A DNA stretch of 64,000 nucleotides from Clostridia bacterium (GCA_045654505.1 JAZONM010000017.1:1556-65555), one strand, 5' to 3'; positions 18,962-29,532 are shown, counted from the first letter of the stretch. Numbers and translations: made by a program. Notes: generated by a model from the letters alone, not told the origin.

Positions 18962-19495
18962 CTATAGTTCCTCAACAGTTTTTCCACGAAGTGCAGCAAT
19001 TTCTTCTTTAGTCTTCAATTGTTGAAGTCCATTTAGAGTTGCTTTTACTACGTTGATTTTATTTCTGCTACCATATGCTTTAGCAGTGATATCTTTGATT
19101 CCGCAAAGCTCAACTACTGGTCTTACGCTACCACCAGCAATGATACCAGTACCTTCGCTACTTGGAAGAAGTTTTACCATACTCTTTCCGAATACACCAA
19201 CAACTTCATGAGGGATTGTTGTACCGCAAAGAGCGATTTTTACCATGTTTTTCTTAGCACTTTGAGTTGCTTTATCAATAGCATTAGGTACCTCAGCAGC
19301 TTTACCGCTACCAATACCTACTCTACCTTGATTGTCTCCACAAACAACTAGAGCGCTAAAACGCATATTACGACCACCTTTAACAACCTTAGTTACGCGA
19401 TTAACATCAACTAATTTGCTAGCAATAGGGTCAACCTCACGAGTTTGAGGACGTCTTTCTCTTCTTTCAGCAGGTTTTCTTTCATCTTTTTGCAT
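18962..19495 (-). CDS. rpsE: 30S ribosomal protein S5
   Basis: [38 protein letters not shown]. Confidence 0.97.
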   Translation of the reverse strand: MQKDERKPAERRERRPQTREVDPIASKLVDVNRVTKVVKGGRNMRFSALVVCGDNQGRVGIGSGKAAEVPNAIDKATQSAKKNMVKIALCGTTIPHEVVGVFGKSMVKLLPSSEGTGIIAGGSVRPVVELCGIKDITAKAYGSRNKINVVKATLNGLQQLKTKEEIAALRGKTVEEL

Positions 19496-19504
19496 AATAC
19501 ACCT

Positions 19505-19873
19505 CTAAAATTCAAGTCCGGCTTTTCTAGCGCCTTCAGCAAGTTGTTGTACTCTGCCAGTGTAGATGTAACCAGCTCTATCAAATACAACTGTCTTTAC
19601 ACCTTTCTTCATAGCTGCTTTAGCAACTGCTTCGCCTACCATAAAAGCGGCCTCTTGTTTATTTTTACCTTCAAGTTTGTTAGCAATAGTTTTTGTCATT
19701 GTAGATGCACTAGCAATAGTAACACCATTTACATCGTCAATAACTTGAGCGTAAATATGACTCAAACTCTTAAATACGCTAAGGCGTGGTCTTTCAGGAG
19801 TACCTGAAAGTTTTTTTCTAATTCGAAGAGCACGAACTTTTCTTTCTACATTTTTATTCTTCTTACTTATCAT
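19505..19873 (-). CDS. rplR: 50S ribosomal protein L18
   Basis: [20 protein letters not shown]...[27 protein letters not shown]. Confidence 0.97.
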   Translation of the reverse strand: MISKKNKNVERKVRALRIRKKLSGTPERPRLSVFKSLSHIYAQVIDDVNGVTIASASTMTKTIANKLEGKNKQEAAFMVGEAVAKAAMKKGVKTVVFDRAGYIYTGRVQQLAEGARKAGLEF

Positions 19874-19885
19874 CTTTCTACTCTC

Positions 19886-20422
19886 CTACTTCTTACCTGT
19901 TTTTCTTTCTTTTCTTCTTACAGTTTCGTCTGCATAGTAAATGCCGTAAGCGTGATAAGGCTCAACAGGCTTAATATCTTTAACAGTACTAGCGAATTTA
20001 CCAACCAATTCCTTGTCGATTCCTCTAACAATTAGGTTGTTTTTGTCAATAGCTAGTGTGATACCGTCAATAGCTTTAATCTCAACAGGGTGTGAAAAAC
20101 CAATATTCATTGTTACATCATTTCCATTTTGAGTAAGCTTATAACCTACGCCATTAACGGTAAGAACTTTTTGATATCCTTGGCTTACACCAACAACCAT
20201 ATTGTTGATAAGTTGGCGATATAGACCATGGAATTTATTAAGTTCTTTATTGTTGTTTTCATTTTGAACTAAGATTTTGTTTCCGTCGATAACAACTTTA
20301 ACATCATGAACGATTTCACGAGAAAGTGTACCAAGTTGACCTTTTACAGTAAGAGTTCTGCCATTAAGCTCGGCTGTAACAGTCTCAGGAAGTAAAATCT
20401 CTTTTTTACCAATTCTACTCAT
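19886..20422 (-). CDS. rplF: 50S ribosomal protein L6
   Basis: MSRIGKKEILLPETVTAELNGRTLTVKGQLGTLS. Confidence 0.97.
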   Translation of the reverse strand: MSRIGKKEILLPETVTAELNGRTLTVKGQLGTLSREIVHDVKVVIDGNKILVQNENNNKELNKFHGLYRQLINNMVVGVSQGYQKVLTVNGVGYKLTQNGNDVTMNIGFSHPVEIKAIDGITLAIDKNNLIVRGIDKELVGKFASTVKDIKPVEPYHAYGIYYADETVRRKERKTGKK

Positions 20423-20431
20423 ATCTTCCTC

Positions 20432-20827
20432 CTACCATACATAAGCCAATACTTCGCCACCAATACCTAGTTTGCGAGCATCTCTATCTGTCATTAAACC
20501 TTTACTTGTAGATATAATTGCAATTCCAAGTCCATTTAGTACTCTTGGAAGATCCTCAGAGTTTGCATAAATTCTAAGACCTGGTTTTGAAATTCTTTTC
20601 AATCCTTGGATAACTTTTTCATTGTTTGGACCAAATTTAAAATCAATTACGATGTTGGCTCTTACACCCTCACCCTCAACTTTATATGACTCAATGTATC
20701 CTTCCTTTTGAAGAAGTTCTACAATAGCCATTTTGATTTTAGATGTAGGCACGGAAACATTTTTGTGTTTTGCTTGTAATGCATTACGCATTCTTGTAAG
20801 CATATCTGCTATTGGATCTATTACCAT
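20432..20827 (-). CDS. rpsH: 30S ribosomal protein S8
   Basis: [16 protein letters not shown]. An AAGGAGG RBS precedes the ATG at 20827; the track start at 20848 lies inside rpsN. Confidence 0.95.
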   Translation of the reverse strand: MVIDPIADMLTRMRNALQAKHKNVSVPTSKIKMAIVELLQKEGYIESYKVEGEGVRANIVIDFKFGPNNEKVIQGLKRISKPGLRIYANSEDLPRVLNGLGIAIISTSKGLMTDRDARKLGIGGEVLAYVW

Positions 20828-20841
20828 ATATATTTCCTCCT

Positions 20842-21027
20842 TTACCAACTCGACTTCTTAACGCCTGGGATTTCGCCTTTGTAGGCCAATTCTCTAAAGC
20901 AAATTCTGCAAATGCCGTATTTTCTCAAAACTGAGTGTGGGCGTCCGCAAAGTTTGCAACGAGTATACTCACGCGTAGAAAATTTTTGTTTTCTTTGTTG
21001 TTTTACTAATAATGCTTTTCTTGCCAT
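20842..21027 (-). CDS. rpsN: 30S ribosomal protein S14, zinc-binding type Z (61 aa)
   Basis: [38 protein letters not shown]. Confidence 0.96.
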   Translation of the reverse strand: MARKALLVKQQRKQKFSTREYTRCKLCGRPHSVLRKYGICRICFRELAYKGEIPGVKKSSW

Positions 21028-21044
21028 AATTATCTCCAGACCTC

Positions 21045-21596
21045 CTACTTCTTAAAAGGCAAGCCAATAAGTTCTAGAAGAAGTTTGGCTTCCTTATCAG
21101 ATTTTGCAGAAGTTACTATAACAATGTCCAATCCACGGATTTTATCGATTTTCTCATAACTAATTTCTGGGAAAACTAATTGCTCTGTAAGACCAAAAGC
21201 GTAGTTTCCTTTTCCGTCAAATGACTTATTTGAAATACCTTGGAAGTCTCTTACACGAGGAAGTGCAATTGAAATTACTCTGTCAAGGAATTCGTACATT
21301 TGTTTTCCTCTAAGTGTAACTTTAGCACCAATTTTATTTCCTTCTCTTAGTTTGAAGTTTGCGATTGATTTTTTCGCAACAGTAACTACTGGTTTTTGTC
21401 CAGTAATTGCTGCCAATTCATCAACAGCTTTATTAAAAGATTGCGCGTTGTCTTTGCAGTCACCAAGACCACGGTTTACAACGATTTTCTCAATTTTAGG
21501 AACTTGTAGAGGATTTGTGTATCCCATTTCCTTAGTCATTGCAGGAACAACGGTTTCTTTATAATAAGCTTGTAATCTATTCATTTCGTTTGCCAT
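21045..21596 (-). CDS. rplE: 50S ribosomal protein L5
   Basis: [40 protein letters not shown]. Confidence 0.97.
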   Translation of the reverse strand: MANEMNRLQAYYKETVVPAMTKEMGYTNPLQVPKIEKIVVNRGLGDCKDNAQSFNKAVDELAAITGQKPVVTVAKKSIANFKLREGNKIGAKVTLRGKQMYEFLDRVISIALPRVRDFQGISNKSFDGKGNYAFGLTEQLVFPEISYEKIDKIRGLDIVIVTSAKSDKEAKLLLELIGLPFKK

Positions 21597-21607
21597 TATT
21601 ATTCTCC

Positions 21608-22102
21608 TTATTGTCCCTTACTTTGTGTTTTCTTTACAGTGCTTTTTGCAGGTGCTTTAGTAGCAGCCTTTTTTACTGTCTCTTTTGCAGGTGCTTTTTT
21701 AGTCTCTTTCTTTACTGGAGCAGCTTTAACTTCGGCTTTTTTAGTAGTTTTTACTTCTTTCTTAACCTCTTTTTTAGTAGCTACAGCTTTATCTAGAGAA
21801 GCTCCGCATTTTTTGCATTTACGATATTTCTTTCCGCCTTCTTCAGCATAAGAAATACGTGTTGCTTTATTACATACAGGACAAATGATTTGTACATTAC
21901 TAGAATCGATTTTATTTTCTCTTTTAATAATGCCACCTTTGTCTTGTGCTGATTTTGGTTTAGTGTGTTTTGCAACAATGTTTACACCACTAACTACAAC
22001 TGCATTATCAGCAGGAATAGCGGTCAACACTTTGCCAGTTTTACCTTTGTCTTTACCAGCAATAACTACTACATTATCGCCTTTCTTAACATGCAATGCC
22101 AT
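21608..22102 (-). CDS. rplX: 50S ribosomal protein L24 with Cys4 insertion variant and K/A/T-rich C-terminal tail (164 aa)
   Basis: The KOW core is [23 protein letters not shown]. It is followed by [30 protein letters not shown] and then a 60-aa K/A/T/E/V tail. Confidence 0.93.
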   Translation of the reverse strand: MALHVKKGDNVVVIAGKDKGKTGKVLTAIPADNAVVVSGVNIVAKHTKPKSAQDKGGIIKRENKIDSSNVQIICPVCNKATRISYAEEGGKKYRKCKKCGASLDKAVATKKEVKKEVKTTKKAEVKAAPVKKETKKAPAKETVKKAATKAPAKSTVKKTQSKGQ

Positions 22103-22115
22103 ATTCTATTCCTCC

Positions 22116-22484
22116 TTATAATACTTCTGGAGCAAGAGATATTATTTTCATAAATCCTTTATCTCTAAGCTCTCTTGCAATAGGTCCAAAGATACGAGTA
22201 CCTTTTGGTTGTTTTTGGTTATCAATAATAACCGCTGCATTGTCGTCAAATTTGATTACCGATCCGTCTGGTCTTTGGATACCCTTAACAGTACGTACGA
22301 TAACTGCCTTAACAACATCACCTTTCTTAACAGCGCCACCAGGAGTAGCAGTCTTTACAGAAGCAACAACAATGTCACCTACGTGACCGCTTCTTCTAAA
22401 AGAACCACCCAATATTCTGATAACCATAATCTTTTTAGCGCCGCTATTATCAGCGACTTTCAATATTGTTTGAGGTTGTACCAT
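22116..22484 (-). CDS. rplN: 50S ribosomal protein L14
   Basis: [27 protein letters not shown]. Confidence 0.98.
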   Translation of the reverse strand: MVQPQTILKVADNSGAKKIMVIRILGGSFRRSGHVGDIVVASVKTATPGGAVKKGDVVKAVIVRTVKGIQRPDGSVIKFDDNAAVIIDNQKQPKGTRIFGPIARELRDKGFMKIISLAPEVL

Positions 22485-22495
22485 AATATTTCTCC

Positions 22496-22762
22496 TTATT
22501 TAGCCCTTTCGATTATTTTTACTAGACGGTAGTGTTTGTCTTTGCTAAGCGAACGTGTTTGCATAATTTCTACTCTATCGCCTACTTTTGCTTCGTTGTT
22601 TTCATCATGAGCAAAAACTTTTTTAGTAGATTTGTATACTTTGCCATATAGTGGATGTCTTTTATTAGATACAACAGCAACGTTGATAGTTTTGTCCATC
22701 TTGTCGCTTACTACTGTACCAATATAAGTATGGCGTCTATTTCTTTCAACTGTATTTTCCAT
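22496..22762 (-). CDS. rpsQ: 30S ribosomal protein S17
   Basis: [42 protein letters not shown]. Confidence 0.97.
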   Translation of the reverse strand: MENTVERNRRHTYIGTVVSDKMDKTINVAVVSNKRHPLYGKVYKSTKKVFAHDENNEAKVGDRVEIMQTRSLSKDKHYRLVKIIERAK

Positions 22763-22779
22763 AAATTCCTCCTATATGC

Positions 22780-22986
22780 TTACGCTTTTGCCTTTTTATT
22801 AAGTTCGCGCTCAGTAAGTAAGGTTTTAATTCTAGCAATATCCTTTTTGCAAGCAACAAGTTGCATAGGATTATTCAATTGACCAGTTGCGTTTGAAAAA
22901 CGAAGATTAAACATTTCTTGCTTCAATGCTTTAAGTTTTGCATTAAGCTCTTCGTTGGTCATTTCTCTTAATTCTTTAGCTTTCAT
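22780..22986 (-). CDS. rpmC: 50S ribosomal protein L29
   Basis: [30 protein letters not shown]. Confidence 0.96.
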   Translation of the reverse strand: MKAKELREMTNEELNAKLKALKQEMFNLRFSNATGQLNNPMQLVACKKDIARIKTLLTERELNKKAKA

Positions 22987-23429
22987 TATTCGTTACCACC
23001 TTGCTCAGTTGTTTCTTCGGCTTTCTCTTTTACCATGAATTTTGTTTTACATGGCAATTTGTGGCTAGCAAGTCTCATAGCTTCTCTTGCTTGAGCTTCG
23101 CCTACCCCAGCCAATTCAAATAGAACTCTACCAGGTTTTACAACAGCTACCCAATATTCTGGAGCACCTTTACCTTTACCCATACGAGTATCAGCAGGCT
23201 TTTTAGATACTGGTTTGTGAGGGAATACGTTGATCCACAACTTACCACCTCTTTTGTTATAACGGTTGATTGCAATACGGGCTGCTTCGATTTGATTTGA
23301 AGTCATCCAGCATGGCTCAGTAGCTACAAGTGCGTATTCGCCGTAAGAAATCTTATTTCCTTTTGTAGCTTTACCTGTCATTCTACCTCTAAATTGTTTT
23401 CTTCTTTTTACTCTCTTAGGCATTAACAT
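22986..23429 (-). CDS. rplP: 50S ribosomal protein L16
   Basis: [25 protein letters not shown]. An AAGGAGG RBS lies 8 nt before the ATG at 23429. Confidence 0.96.
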   Translation of the reverse strand: MLMPKRVKRRKQFRGRMTGKATKGNKISYGEYALVATEPCWMTSNQIEAARIAINRYNKRGGKLWINVFPHKPVSKKPADTRMGKGKGAPEYWVAVVKPGRVLFELAGVGEAQAREAMRLASHKLPCKTKFMVKEKAEETTEQGGNE

Positions 23430-24099
23430 TAGAGTTACCTCCTTCAACTACTTCATTTGAAGGTTTTTTGCTTAAAATTTCGCCTTTGCAAATCCAAACT
23501 TTAACACCGATTACACCAAATGTAGTGTGTGCTTCGTATGTTGCATAGTCGATATTTGCTCTCAAAGTGTGAAGTGGAAGGCGTCCTTCGTGATAGTGCT
23601 CACTTCTAGCGATTTCTGCACCATCAAGACGTCCGCTTACCATTACTTTGCATCCTACTGCACCAGCACGCATAACTCTTTGCATAGCTTGTTTCATCGC
23701 ACGTCTGAAAGACATACGTTTTTCAAGTTGTTGTGCAATGCTTTGTGCTACAAGTTGTGCATCTAGGTCAGGTTTTTTAACTTCTTTGATATTAACGTTT
23801 ACGTTTTTATTATCGCAAAGTTTTACCAAATCTTTTTTCAATTCTTCTACACCAGCTCCCTTAGTGCCAATCATAACACCAGGTTTTGATGTATAAATGT
23901 CTACGATAACACGGTTTGCAGTTCTTTCAATAACTATTTTAGAAACACTGCTTTGTGCATGTTTTTTGTTAATAAAGGTTCTAATTTTATTGTCTTCGAC
24001 AAGCAAGTCAGAAAAATCATTCTTTTTTGCAAACCAAGAACTATTCCAATCTTTATTAACACCAACTCTAAAACCGTGTGGATTAACTTTTTGTCCCAT
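23416..24099 (-). CDS. rpsC: 30S ribosomal protein S3
   Basis: [24 protein letters not shown]. Confidence 0.98.
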   Translation of the reverse strand: MGQKVNPHGFRVGVNKDWNSSWFAKKNDFSDLLVEDNKIRTFINKKHAQSSVSKIVIERTANRVIVDIYTSKPGVMIGTKGAGVEELKKDLVKLCDNKNVNVNIKEVKKPDLDAQLVAQSIAQQLEKRMSFRRAMKQAMQRVMRAGAVGCKVMVSGRLDGAEIARSEHYHEGRLPLHTLRANIDYATYEAHTTFGVIGVKVWICKGEILSKKPSNEVVEGGNSNVNA

Positions 24100-24117
24100 A
24101 CTTATATATTAGCTCCT

Positions 24118-24507
24118 TTATTTTTTCAAAACGTCAAGCACAACTGTGATATGACATGTTCTTTTAATTATTGTATCAACTCCACCTCTTCCTCTAAAAG
24201 CAACTCTTTTGAAAGATGGACCTTGATTTGCGTATGCTTCTACAACATACAATTCGTCTTTACTAAGACCTTTATTGTTTTCTGCATTTGCTGCAGCAGA
24301 ATCTAGCACTTTCTTAACAGCCATTGAAGCAGTACTTGGAGTAATGTCAAGGATTGCAGATGCTTCTACATATTGTTTTCCTTTAATTACATCTAGTACT
24401 CTTTTAGCTTTAGATGCTCCCATTCTTACATATCTAGCGGTAGCATAAGGACGGGTTTCTTTATTTGCTTGTTTTCTAGCAGCTTTTTCTCTCATTCTAG
24501 TAGCCAT
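24118..24507 (-). CDS. rplV: 50S ribosomal protein L22
   Basis: ATARYVRMGASKAKRVLDVIKGK...GPSFKRVAFRGRGGVDTIIKRTCHITVVL. Confidence 0.96.
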   Translation of the reverse strand: MATRMREKAARKQANKETRPYATARYVRMGASKAKRVLDVIKGKQYVEASAILDITPSTASMAVKKVLDSAAANAENNKGLSKDELYVVEAYANQGPSFKRVAFRGRGGVDTIIKRTCHITVVLDVLKK

Positions 24508-24518
24508 TGTTACCCTCC

Positions 24519-24803
24519 TTATTTCTTACCTTTAGCAGCTTTCTTATCCCCAGCGTGACCTCTAAATGTTCTTGTAGGTGCAAATTCGCCAAGTTTGTGA
24601 CCTATCATATCGATAGTGCAATACACAGGAATATGTTTCATACCATTATGAACTGCAATGGTATGTCCAACAAATTCTGGATATATAGTTGATGAACGAC
24701 TCCATGTCTTAACAACTTGTTTCTTTCCTTCATTGTTCATTTTTACAATGCGGTCGAAAAGACGTTGTTCTACATAGGGTTTTTTCTTTAAACTTCTACT
24801 CAT
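24519..24803 (-). CDS. rpsS: 30S ribosomal protein S19
   Basis: [15 protein letters not shown]...[16 protein letters not shown]...[16 protein letters not shown]. Confidence 0.98.
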   Translation of the reverse strand: MSRSLKKKPYVEQRLFDRIVKMNNEGKKQVVKTWSRSSTIYPEFVGHTIAVHNGMKHIPVYCTIDMIGHKLGEFAPTRTFRGHAGDKKAAKGKK

Positions 24804-24814
24804 AACACACTCTC

Positions 24815-25642
24815 CTACTTAGCACGCTTAATAATAAGCTTTGTACTGTGTTTTTTATTGTTTCTAGTCTTCATACCAAGAGCAGGTTTTCCCCAAGGAG
24901 TAAGTGGAGATTTTCTACCAACAGGGCTCTTACCTTCACCACCACCGTGTGGGTGATCAACTGGGTTCATAACAGAACCACGAACAGTAGGACGAATACC
25001 CATATGTCTTTTTCTACCAGCCTTACCAAGAGAAACGATTTCGTGTTCGTTGTTGCCGATAGTACCGATAGTAGCTCTACAAGCAGCAAGAACCATTCTC
25101 ATTTCGCCCGATGGTAATTTGATTGTGGCATATTTACCTTCTTTAGCCATCAATCTAGCTTCCATACCAGCCGAACGAACCATTTGTCCGCCCTTGCCAG
25201 GAGTAAGCTCGATATTGTGGATAACAGCACCAACTGGCATATCGCGAAGTGGAAGGCTATTACCAACTTTGATTTCTACGTCTGTTCCGCTCATAAGAAC
25301 GTCACCTACATTTAGTCCCTTAGGTGCAAGAATATATCTCTTTTCACCGTCAGCATAATTTAGTAGTGCAATGTAAGCACTTCTATTTGGGTCATATTCA
25401 ATACCCACAACTTTAGCAGGAATATTGTCTTTATTTCTTTTAAAGTCAATAATTCTGTATTTAACTCTGTTTCCACCACCTCTGTGTCTTACAGTGATTC
25501 TGCCGTTGTTGTTTCTACCACCATGTTTCTTCTTTTCTACCAACAAGGATTTTTCTGGCTCTTTTTTGGTAATCTCTTCGTAAGAAGCGGTTGTGTAGAA
25601 TCTACGTGCAGGAGAGGTAGGTTTATATGTTTTGATCGCCAT
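24815..25642 (-). CDS. rplB: 50S ribosomal protein L2
   Basis: [15 protein letters not shown]...[17 protein letters not shown]. Confidence 0.98.
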   Translation of the reverse strand: MAIKTYKPTSPARRFYTTASYEEITKKEPEKSLLVEKKKHGGRNNNGRITVRHRGGGNRVKYRIIDFKRNKDNIPAKVVGIEYDPNRSAYIALLNYADGEKRYILAPKGLNVGDVLMSGTDVEIKVGNSLPLRDMPVGAVIHNIELTPGKGGQMVRSAGMEARLMAKEGKYATIKLPSGEMRMVLAACRATIGTIGNNEHEIVSLGKAGRKRHMGIRPTVRGSVMNPVDHPHGGGEGKSPVGRKSPLTPWGKPALGMKTRNNKKHSTKLIIKRAK

Positions 25643-25660
25643 TATAATATCCTCCGTTTC

Positions 25661-25951
25661 CTATGACAAACTATCGAAGAACTCAATAGATTTGCTATCT
25701 TGACTAAGAGTAACATACGCTTTCTTATAGTCTGAAGTGTAGCCTTGAGTTTTTCCTTGTCTTTTCAATTTTCCTCTAATAATAGTGGTGTTTACTTTGT
25801 CTACTTTTACACCAAATACTTTTTCTACTGCCTTTTTGATTTCAGTTTTGTTTGCATCAAGTCTAACTTGGAATGTATATTTCTTGTTGGCTATATCTGC
25901 ATAACTTTTTTCACTTAAAATAGGCTTAATTATAACATCAAATTCTTTCAT
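25661..25951 (-). CDS. rplW: 50S ribosomal protein L23
   Basis: IIKPILSEKSYADIANKKYTFQVRLDANKTEIKKAVEKVFGVKVDKVNT. Confidence 0.96.
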   Translation of the reverse strand: MKEFDVIIKPILSEKSYADIANKKYTFQVRLDANKTEIKKAVEKVFGVKVDKVNTTIIRGKLKRQGKTQGYTSDYKKAYVTLSQDSKSIEFFDSLS

Positions 25952-25952
25952 A

Positions 25953-26576
25953 TTATTTCTCGTAAGCCTCCTCTATTGATTTGATAGCTTCTACAGTCAA
26001 AACCAATTTATTGCTTACTACAATATCATATACATTAAGTAGATTTGCAGTAGTAACGTCTGCATTTGCAATATTTGCAGTAGCTCTCATAAGCATTTCG
26101 TCATTTGCTTTAGTAACAAACAATGTATTGCGGTTTAGACCAAGCTTATTCATCAATTCAACCATATTTTTGGTCTTGCCATCTACAGTCAAATTGTCCA
26201 AAACAACAATTTCTTTCTCAGCAAGTTTTGTACTGATAGCACTTTTGAATGCAACTGCTTTTGCTGTTTTGTTTACTTTTTGTGAGAAATCACGTGGCTT
26301 TGGAGCAAATACAACTCCACCACCTCTCCATTGTGGGCCTTTAGTCGAGCCTTGTCTTGCTCTACCTGTGCCTTTTTGTCTCCAAGGTTTTTTAGCATGT
26401 CCCCTAACCTCACTACGAGTAAGAGTTGACTTAGTACCTTGTCTTTGGTTTGCCAAATATGCAACAACTACTTGGTGAATAAGTGCTTCATTGTACTCTT
26501 GTTTGAAAACGCTATCTTTAAGTTTTAGAGTATCGCACTCTACACCAGCCATATTTAATACTTTTACACTAGCCAT
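25953..26576 (-). CDS. rplD: 50S ribosomal protein L4
   Basis: TLTRSEVRGHAKKPWRQKGTGRARQGSTKGPQWRGGGVVFAPKPRDF. Confidence 0.97.
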   Translation of the reverse strand: MASVKVLNMAGVECDTLKLKDSVFKQEYNEALIHQVVVAYLANQRQGTKSTLTRSEVRGHAKKPWRQKGTGRARQGSTKGPQWRGGGVVFAPKPRDFSQKVNKTAKAVAFKSAISTKLAEKEIVVLDNLTVDGKTKNMVELMNKLGLNRNTLFVTKANDEMLMRATANIANADVTTANLLNVYDIVVSNKLVLTVEAIKSIEEAYEK

Positions 26577-26590
26577 TGTCTATCTCCTTC

Positions 26591-27220
26591 TTAATTTGCC
26601 TTGACAGCTTCTTTTACCGCAACCAAACTTCCTTTAGGACCTGGGATTGCGCCTTTGATAAGAAGAATATTTCTGTCAATATCAACTTTTACTACTTTAA
26701 GGTTTTGGATAGTAACTGCTTCGTTGCCATAACGACCAGCCATCTTTTTACCTTTGAATACTTTTCCAGGGTATGCACAAGCACCGATAGAACCAACGTG
26801 TCTATGAACTGGGCCGTTACCGTGGGTCATTCTGTGACGATGGAAATTCCATCTTTTGATAGTACCAGTATATCCGTGTCCTTTAGTACGACCAGATACG
26901 TCTACCAAATCACCTTCTGCAAATACATCACATTTAATTGTGTCGCCAAGTATGTATTCGCCTTCAAGTTTAAACTCTTTAAGATATTTCTTTGGTGCAA
27001 CTTCTGCTTTTTTGAATTGTCCAAGACGTGGACGATTAACAAGATTTTCACGAGTGTCGCCATAAGCTACTTGAACTGCGTCATATCCGTCATTGTCTTT
27101 TGTCTTAACTTGTGTAACATAGCAAGGACCTGCTTCCACAACAGTTACAGGAACTACTAAACCATTTTCAGAAAAGATTTGAGTCATACCAAGTTTTTTG
27201 CCTAAAATTGCTTTCTTCAT
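26591..27220 (-). CDS. rplC: 50S ribosomal protein L3
   Basis: MKKAILGKKLGMTQIFSENGLVVPVTVVEAGPC. Confidence 0.98.
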   Translation of the reverse strand: MKKAILGKKLGMTQIFSENGLVVPVTVVEAGPCYVTQVKTKDNDGYDAVQVAYGDTRENLVNRPRLGQFKKAEVAPKKYLKEFKLEGEYILGDTIKCDVFAEGDLVDVSGRTKGHGYTGTIKRWNFHRHRMTHGNGPVHRHVGSIGACAYPGKVFKGKKMAGRYGNEAVTIQNLKVVKVDIDRNILLIKGAIPGPKGSLVAVKEAVKAN

Positions 27221-27238
27221 AATTTGCCTCCTTAACTG

Positions 27239-27547
27239 TTATAGTTTGATGTTGATATCAACGCCTGCTGGAAGGTCCAACTTCATCAAAGCATCTACTG
27301 CTTTAGCTGATGGGCTGTAGATATCAATTAACCTTTTGTGAGTTTTCATTTCAAATTGTTCACGACTATCTTTGTATTTGTGTGGTGAACGAATGATTGT
27401 TACCACTTCTTTGTCTGTAGGAAGTGGAATTGGACCACTAATCTTTGCTCCAAACTTCAATGCAGTATCAACGATACGTTTGCTAGCTTGGTCGATTAGG
27501 TTGTGGTCATACGCTTGTAGTTTTACTCTAATTTTTTGAGTTGCCAT
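27239..27547 (-). CDS. rpsJ: 30S ribosomal protein S10
   Basis: [41 protein letters not shown]. Confidence 0.98.
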   Translation of the reverse strand: MATQKIRVKLQAYDHNLIDQASKRIVDTALKFGAKISGPIPLPTDKEVVTIIRSPHKYKDSREQFEMKTHKRLIDIYSPSAKAVDALMKLDLPAGVDINIKL

Positions 27548-27770
27548 TAATTTTCCTCCGTTTAAATTAATTTACCTAACACTTGTGTTTTTGCATAACT
27601 TATAATATAAAAACACTTTTCCGTGTGTTTCGCGCTGTAAAACAAAAAAAATATGCTTAAGTGTTAGTCGTTTATGTTCGATGTATAAACACTTGGTAGG
27701 CGTAAATTCTCCCTATATTTTGGCTTATATAAAGGTAACTTCACGCTTCGCCCCATAATACAGCAACACT

Positions 27771-27799
27771 ATTCTACCCGATTTTGTCACCCTTGTCAA
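27771..27799 (-). promoter_or_regulatory. Near-consensus sigma-A promoter of the S10-spc-alpha super-operon
   Basis: Minus-strand TTGACA (27794-27799), a 17-nt spacer, then TAGAAT (27771-27776). It leaves a leader of about 215 nt before the rpsJ ATG. Confidence 0.7.
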
Positions 27800-27908
27800 C
27801 ACTTTTTATTAAAATAAATTCAAATAATTTACTCGCAAATATCAGTAGCCAGTAGCCTTATGAAGCCCTTATTTTATCTAATGTACACGCATGCACATAT
27901 GCGTACGT

Positions 27909-27933
27909 GAAAAAAGAGTGCTTTCACACTCTT
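27909..27933 (-). terminator. Intrinsic terminator after the LRR protein gene
   Basis: Stem agagtg (27915-27920) pairs with cactct (27927-27932), directly after the stop at 27934-27936. A T-run follows on the minus strand. Confidence 0.65.
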
Positions 27934-29385
27934 TTATCTTCCTCCCCTACCCGAAGATTTCATATCACTAAATACGGTCTCCTCTGCAGGTTTTGCTTCT
28001 ACTTTATGCACTCTAAGATATTTTCTTATCGATTCATTGAGATAATTACCGCTATCATATTTCAAATGTAGCACTGGTCTCTTTACATGCCTTCTTGTTA
28101 TTCTCTTAGGTTGTTCATTAGCCAAATAATTTGGATTTACAAAATAACTATCAACTTTAGTATCAAGTGTATTATCAATATATATCTTACATTGATGGTC
28201 AATTATGTCTGTGCTTATTTGCGTACATGATGACGGAATTTCGAGACTTGTTATCTTACTGCCAGCAAAAGCCCTGTGTCCCAAATCAACATAATTACCA
28301 TACACTTTCTCGACAGATGAATTGGCAAGCGCAAATCTATCAATACCTATTTTCTTGCCTTTAATCTCAACCTCTTTCACTCTTTCATTTCCAGCAAGGC
28401 AGAATGACGGCAAATCAGTATTGTTTACGGCATATACAAGTTTTCTTAAATCACCATGAACAAAATTATTATCCTTTACAATATCAAAAACTATCTTATT
28501 AAAGTTTTCTCTAGTGCTATTTAAAGTCAATCCTTTGCTTTTCAAAACCATACTACTAATAAGTTTTGTGTCTTCAATCATATCTGCAAGTTGGTCATCA
28601 ATAGTAAGAGTTTTGTTTTCAATATCAAATGCCTCTTTAAGCATTTTCTTAATATTGTATTCATCCACAAAGTATGACTTTACTTCACTATAAACTTGCC
28701 CGAACTCATACTCATAGTTATATTTTTTAAACATAACAAATAAAGGATTGTTTTCTACACATCTTTCATTTATTAAGTCAAATCTGACATTATGATACTT
28801 TTCCTCTTCATCTCCATCAATTTCAATATCCGGAGAACCAAGGAAAATCTTAAAACCTTCTTTTCTGCCCACTTCATTTATGATTGGCATATGAAAAGTA
28901 CATGGGGTCTTAACAATTATGTTTTGCAGTGCAGAATTTACAAATGCATTTGTTTGTATATCCAAATGTGGCGCATTCTCTAAATCGTCGGCTTTTTCGC
29001 CATCGAAAAATGTGATATATCTAAGGTTTGGAGTGTTTGCAAACGCGTTCTTTGATATCGTCAATCTAGGACTACTACTCAAGTTTACAAATTCTATCTT
29101 CCAGCCATTAAAAGCATTTTCTGGTATAAAGGTTATGTTGCTTTCAAAATTTATATGCGAAATTCTATTCACTATATTAGGATGAATTTTCGCCATATAA
29201 TCCAAAACCTTAAATACTCTCTCTTGGTTTATATCTCCTGGCACAAACAGTTCTTTCGAAACATAACGTGATTCTCTAAGATTCCAAGACATAAATTCTT
29301 TCAAAAGTTCGGGATTACTTTCCAAAGGTTCACTTTTTGCAAGCTTTCTATTGATATACTTTCTTATGTCATCAAAAACGCCCAT
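27934..29385 (-). CDS. Leucine-rich repeat (BspA/LRR_5-like) protein, no signal peptide
   Basis: 483 aa. Segments such as IPENAFNGWKIEFVNLSSSPRLTISKNAFANTPNLRYITF and LPSFCLAGNERVKEVEIKGKKIGIDRFALANSSVEKVY...GHRAFAGSKITSLEIPSSCTQI resemble the LRR_5 repeat. Confidence 0.6.
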   Translation of the reverse strand: MGVFDDIRKYINRKLAKSEPLESNPELLKEFMSWNLRESRYVSKELFVPGDINQERVFKVLDYMAKIHPNIVNRISHINFESNITFIPENAFNGWKIEFVNLSSSPRLTISKNAFANTPNLRYITFFDGEKADDLENAPHLDIQTNAFVNSALQNIIVKTPCTFHMPIINEVGRKEGFKIFLGSPDIEIDGDEEEKYHNVRFDLINERCVENNPLFVMFKKYNYEYEFGQVYSEVKSYFVDEYNIKKMLKEAFDIENKTLTIDDQLADMIEDTKLISSMVLKSKGLTLNSTRENFNKIVFDIVKDNNFVHGDLRKLVYAVNNTDLPSFCLAGNERVKEVEIKGKKIGIDRFALANSSVEKVYGNYVDLGHRAFAGSKITSLEIPSSCTQISTDIIDHQCKIYIDNTLDTKVDSYFVNPNYLANEQPKRITRRHVKRPVLHLKYDSGNYLNESIRKYLRVHKVEAKPAEETVFSDMKSSGRGGR

Positions 29386-29532
29386 ATTATACTCCTATAT
29401 AATGCTTAAATATTATAAACTAGATACATGCATAAGTCAATATGCAATTTGAAAACACCACCTGACATATAAGCCTTATTATTTGCACAAATGAACATAT
29501 TTTCATAAGACAATTAATACTAAACACTAAAA

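Noticed and set aside
18740-18999. Cys/Phe-rich 75-aa plus-strand ORF and Gln/Leu-rich 66-aa minus-strand ORF
   Set aside because: The plus-strand ORF is the antisense reading of the low-complexity L30 extension, and the minus-strand ORF is an alternate-frame reading of it. The L30 frame is supported by the canonical C-terminal domain.
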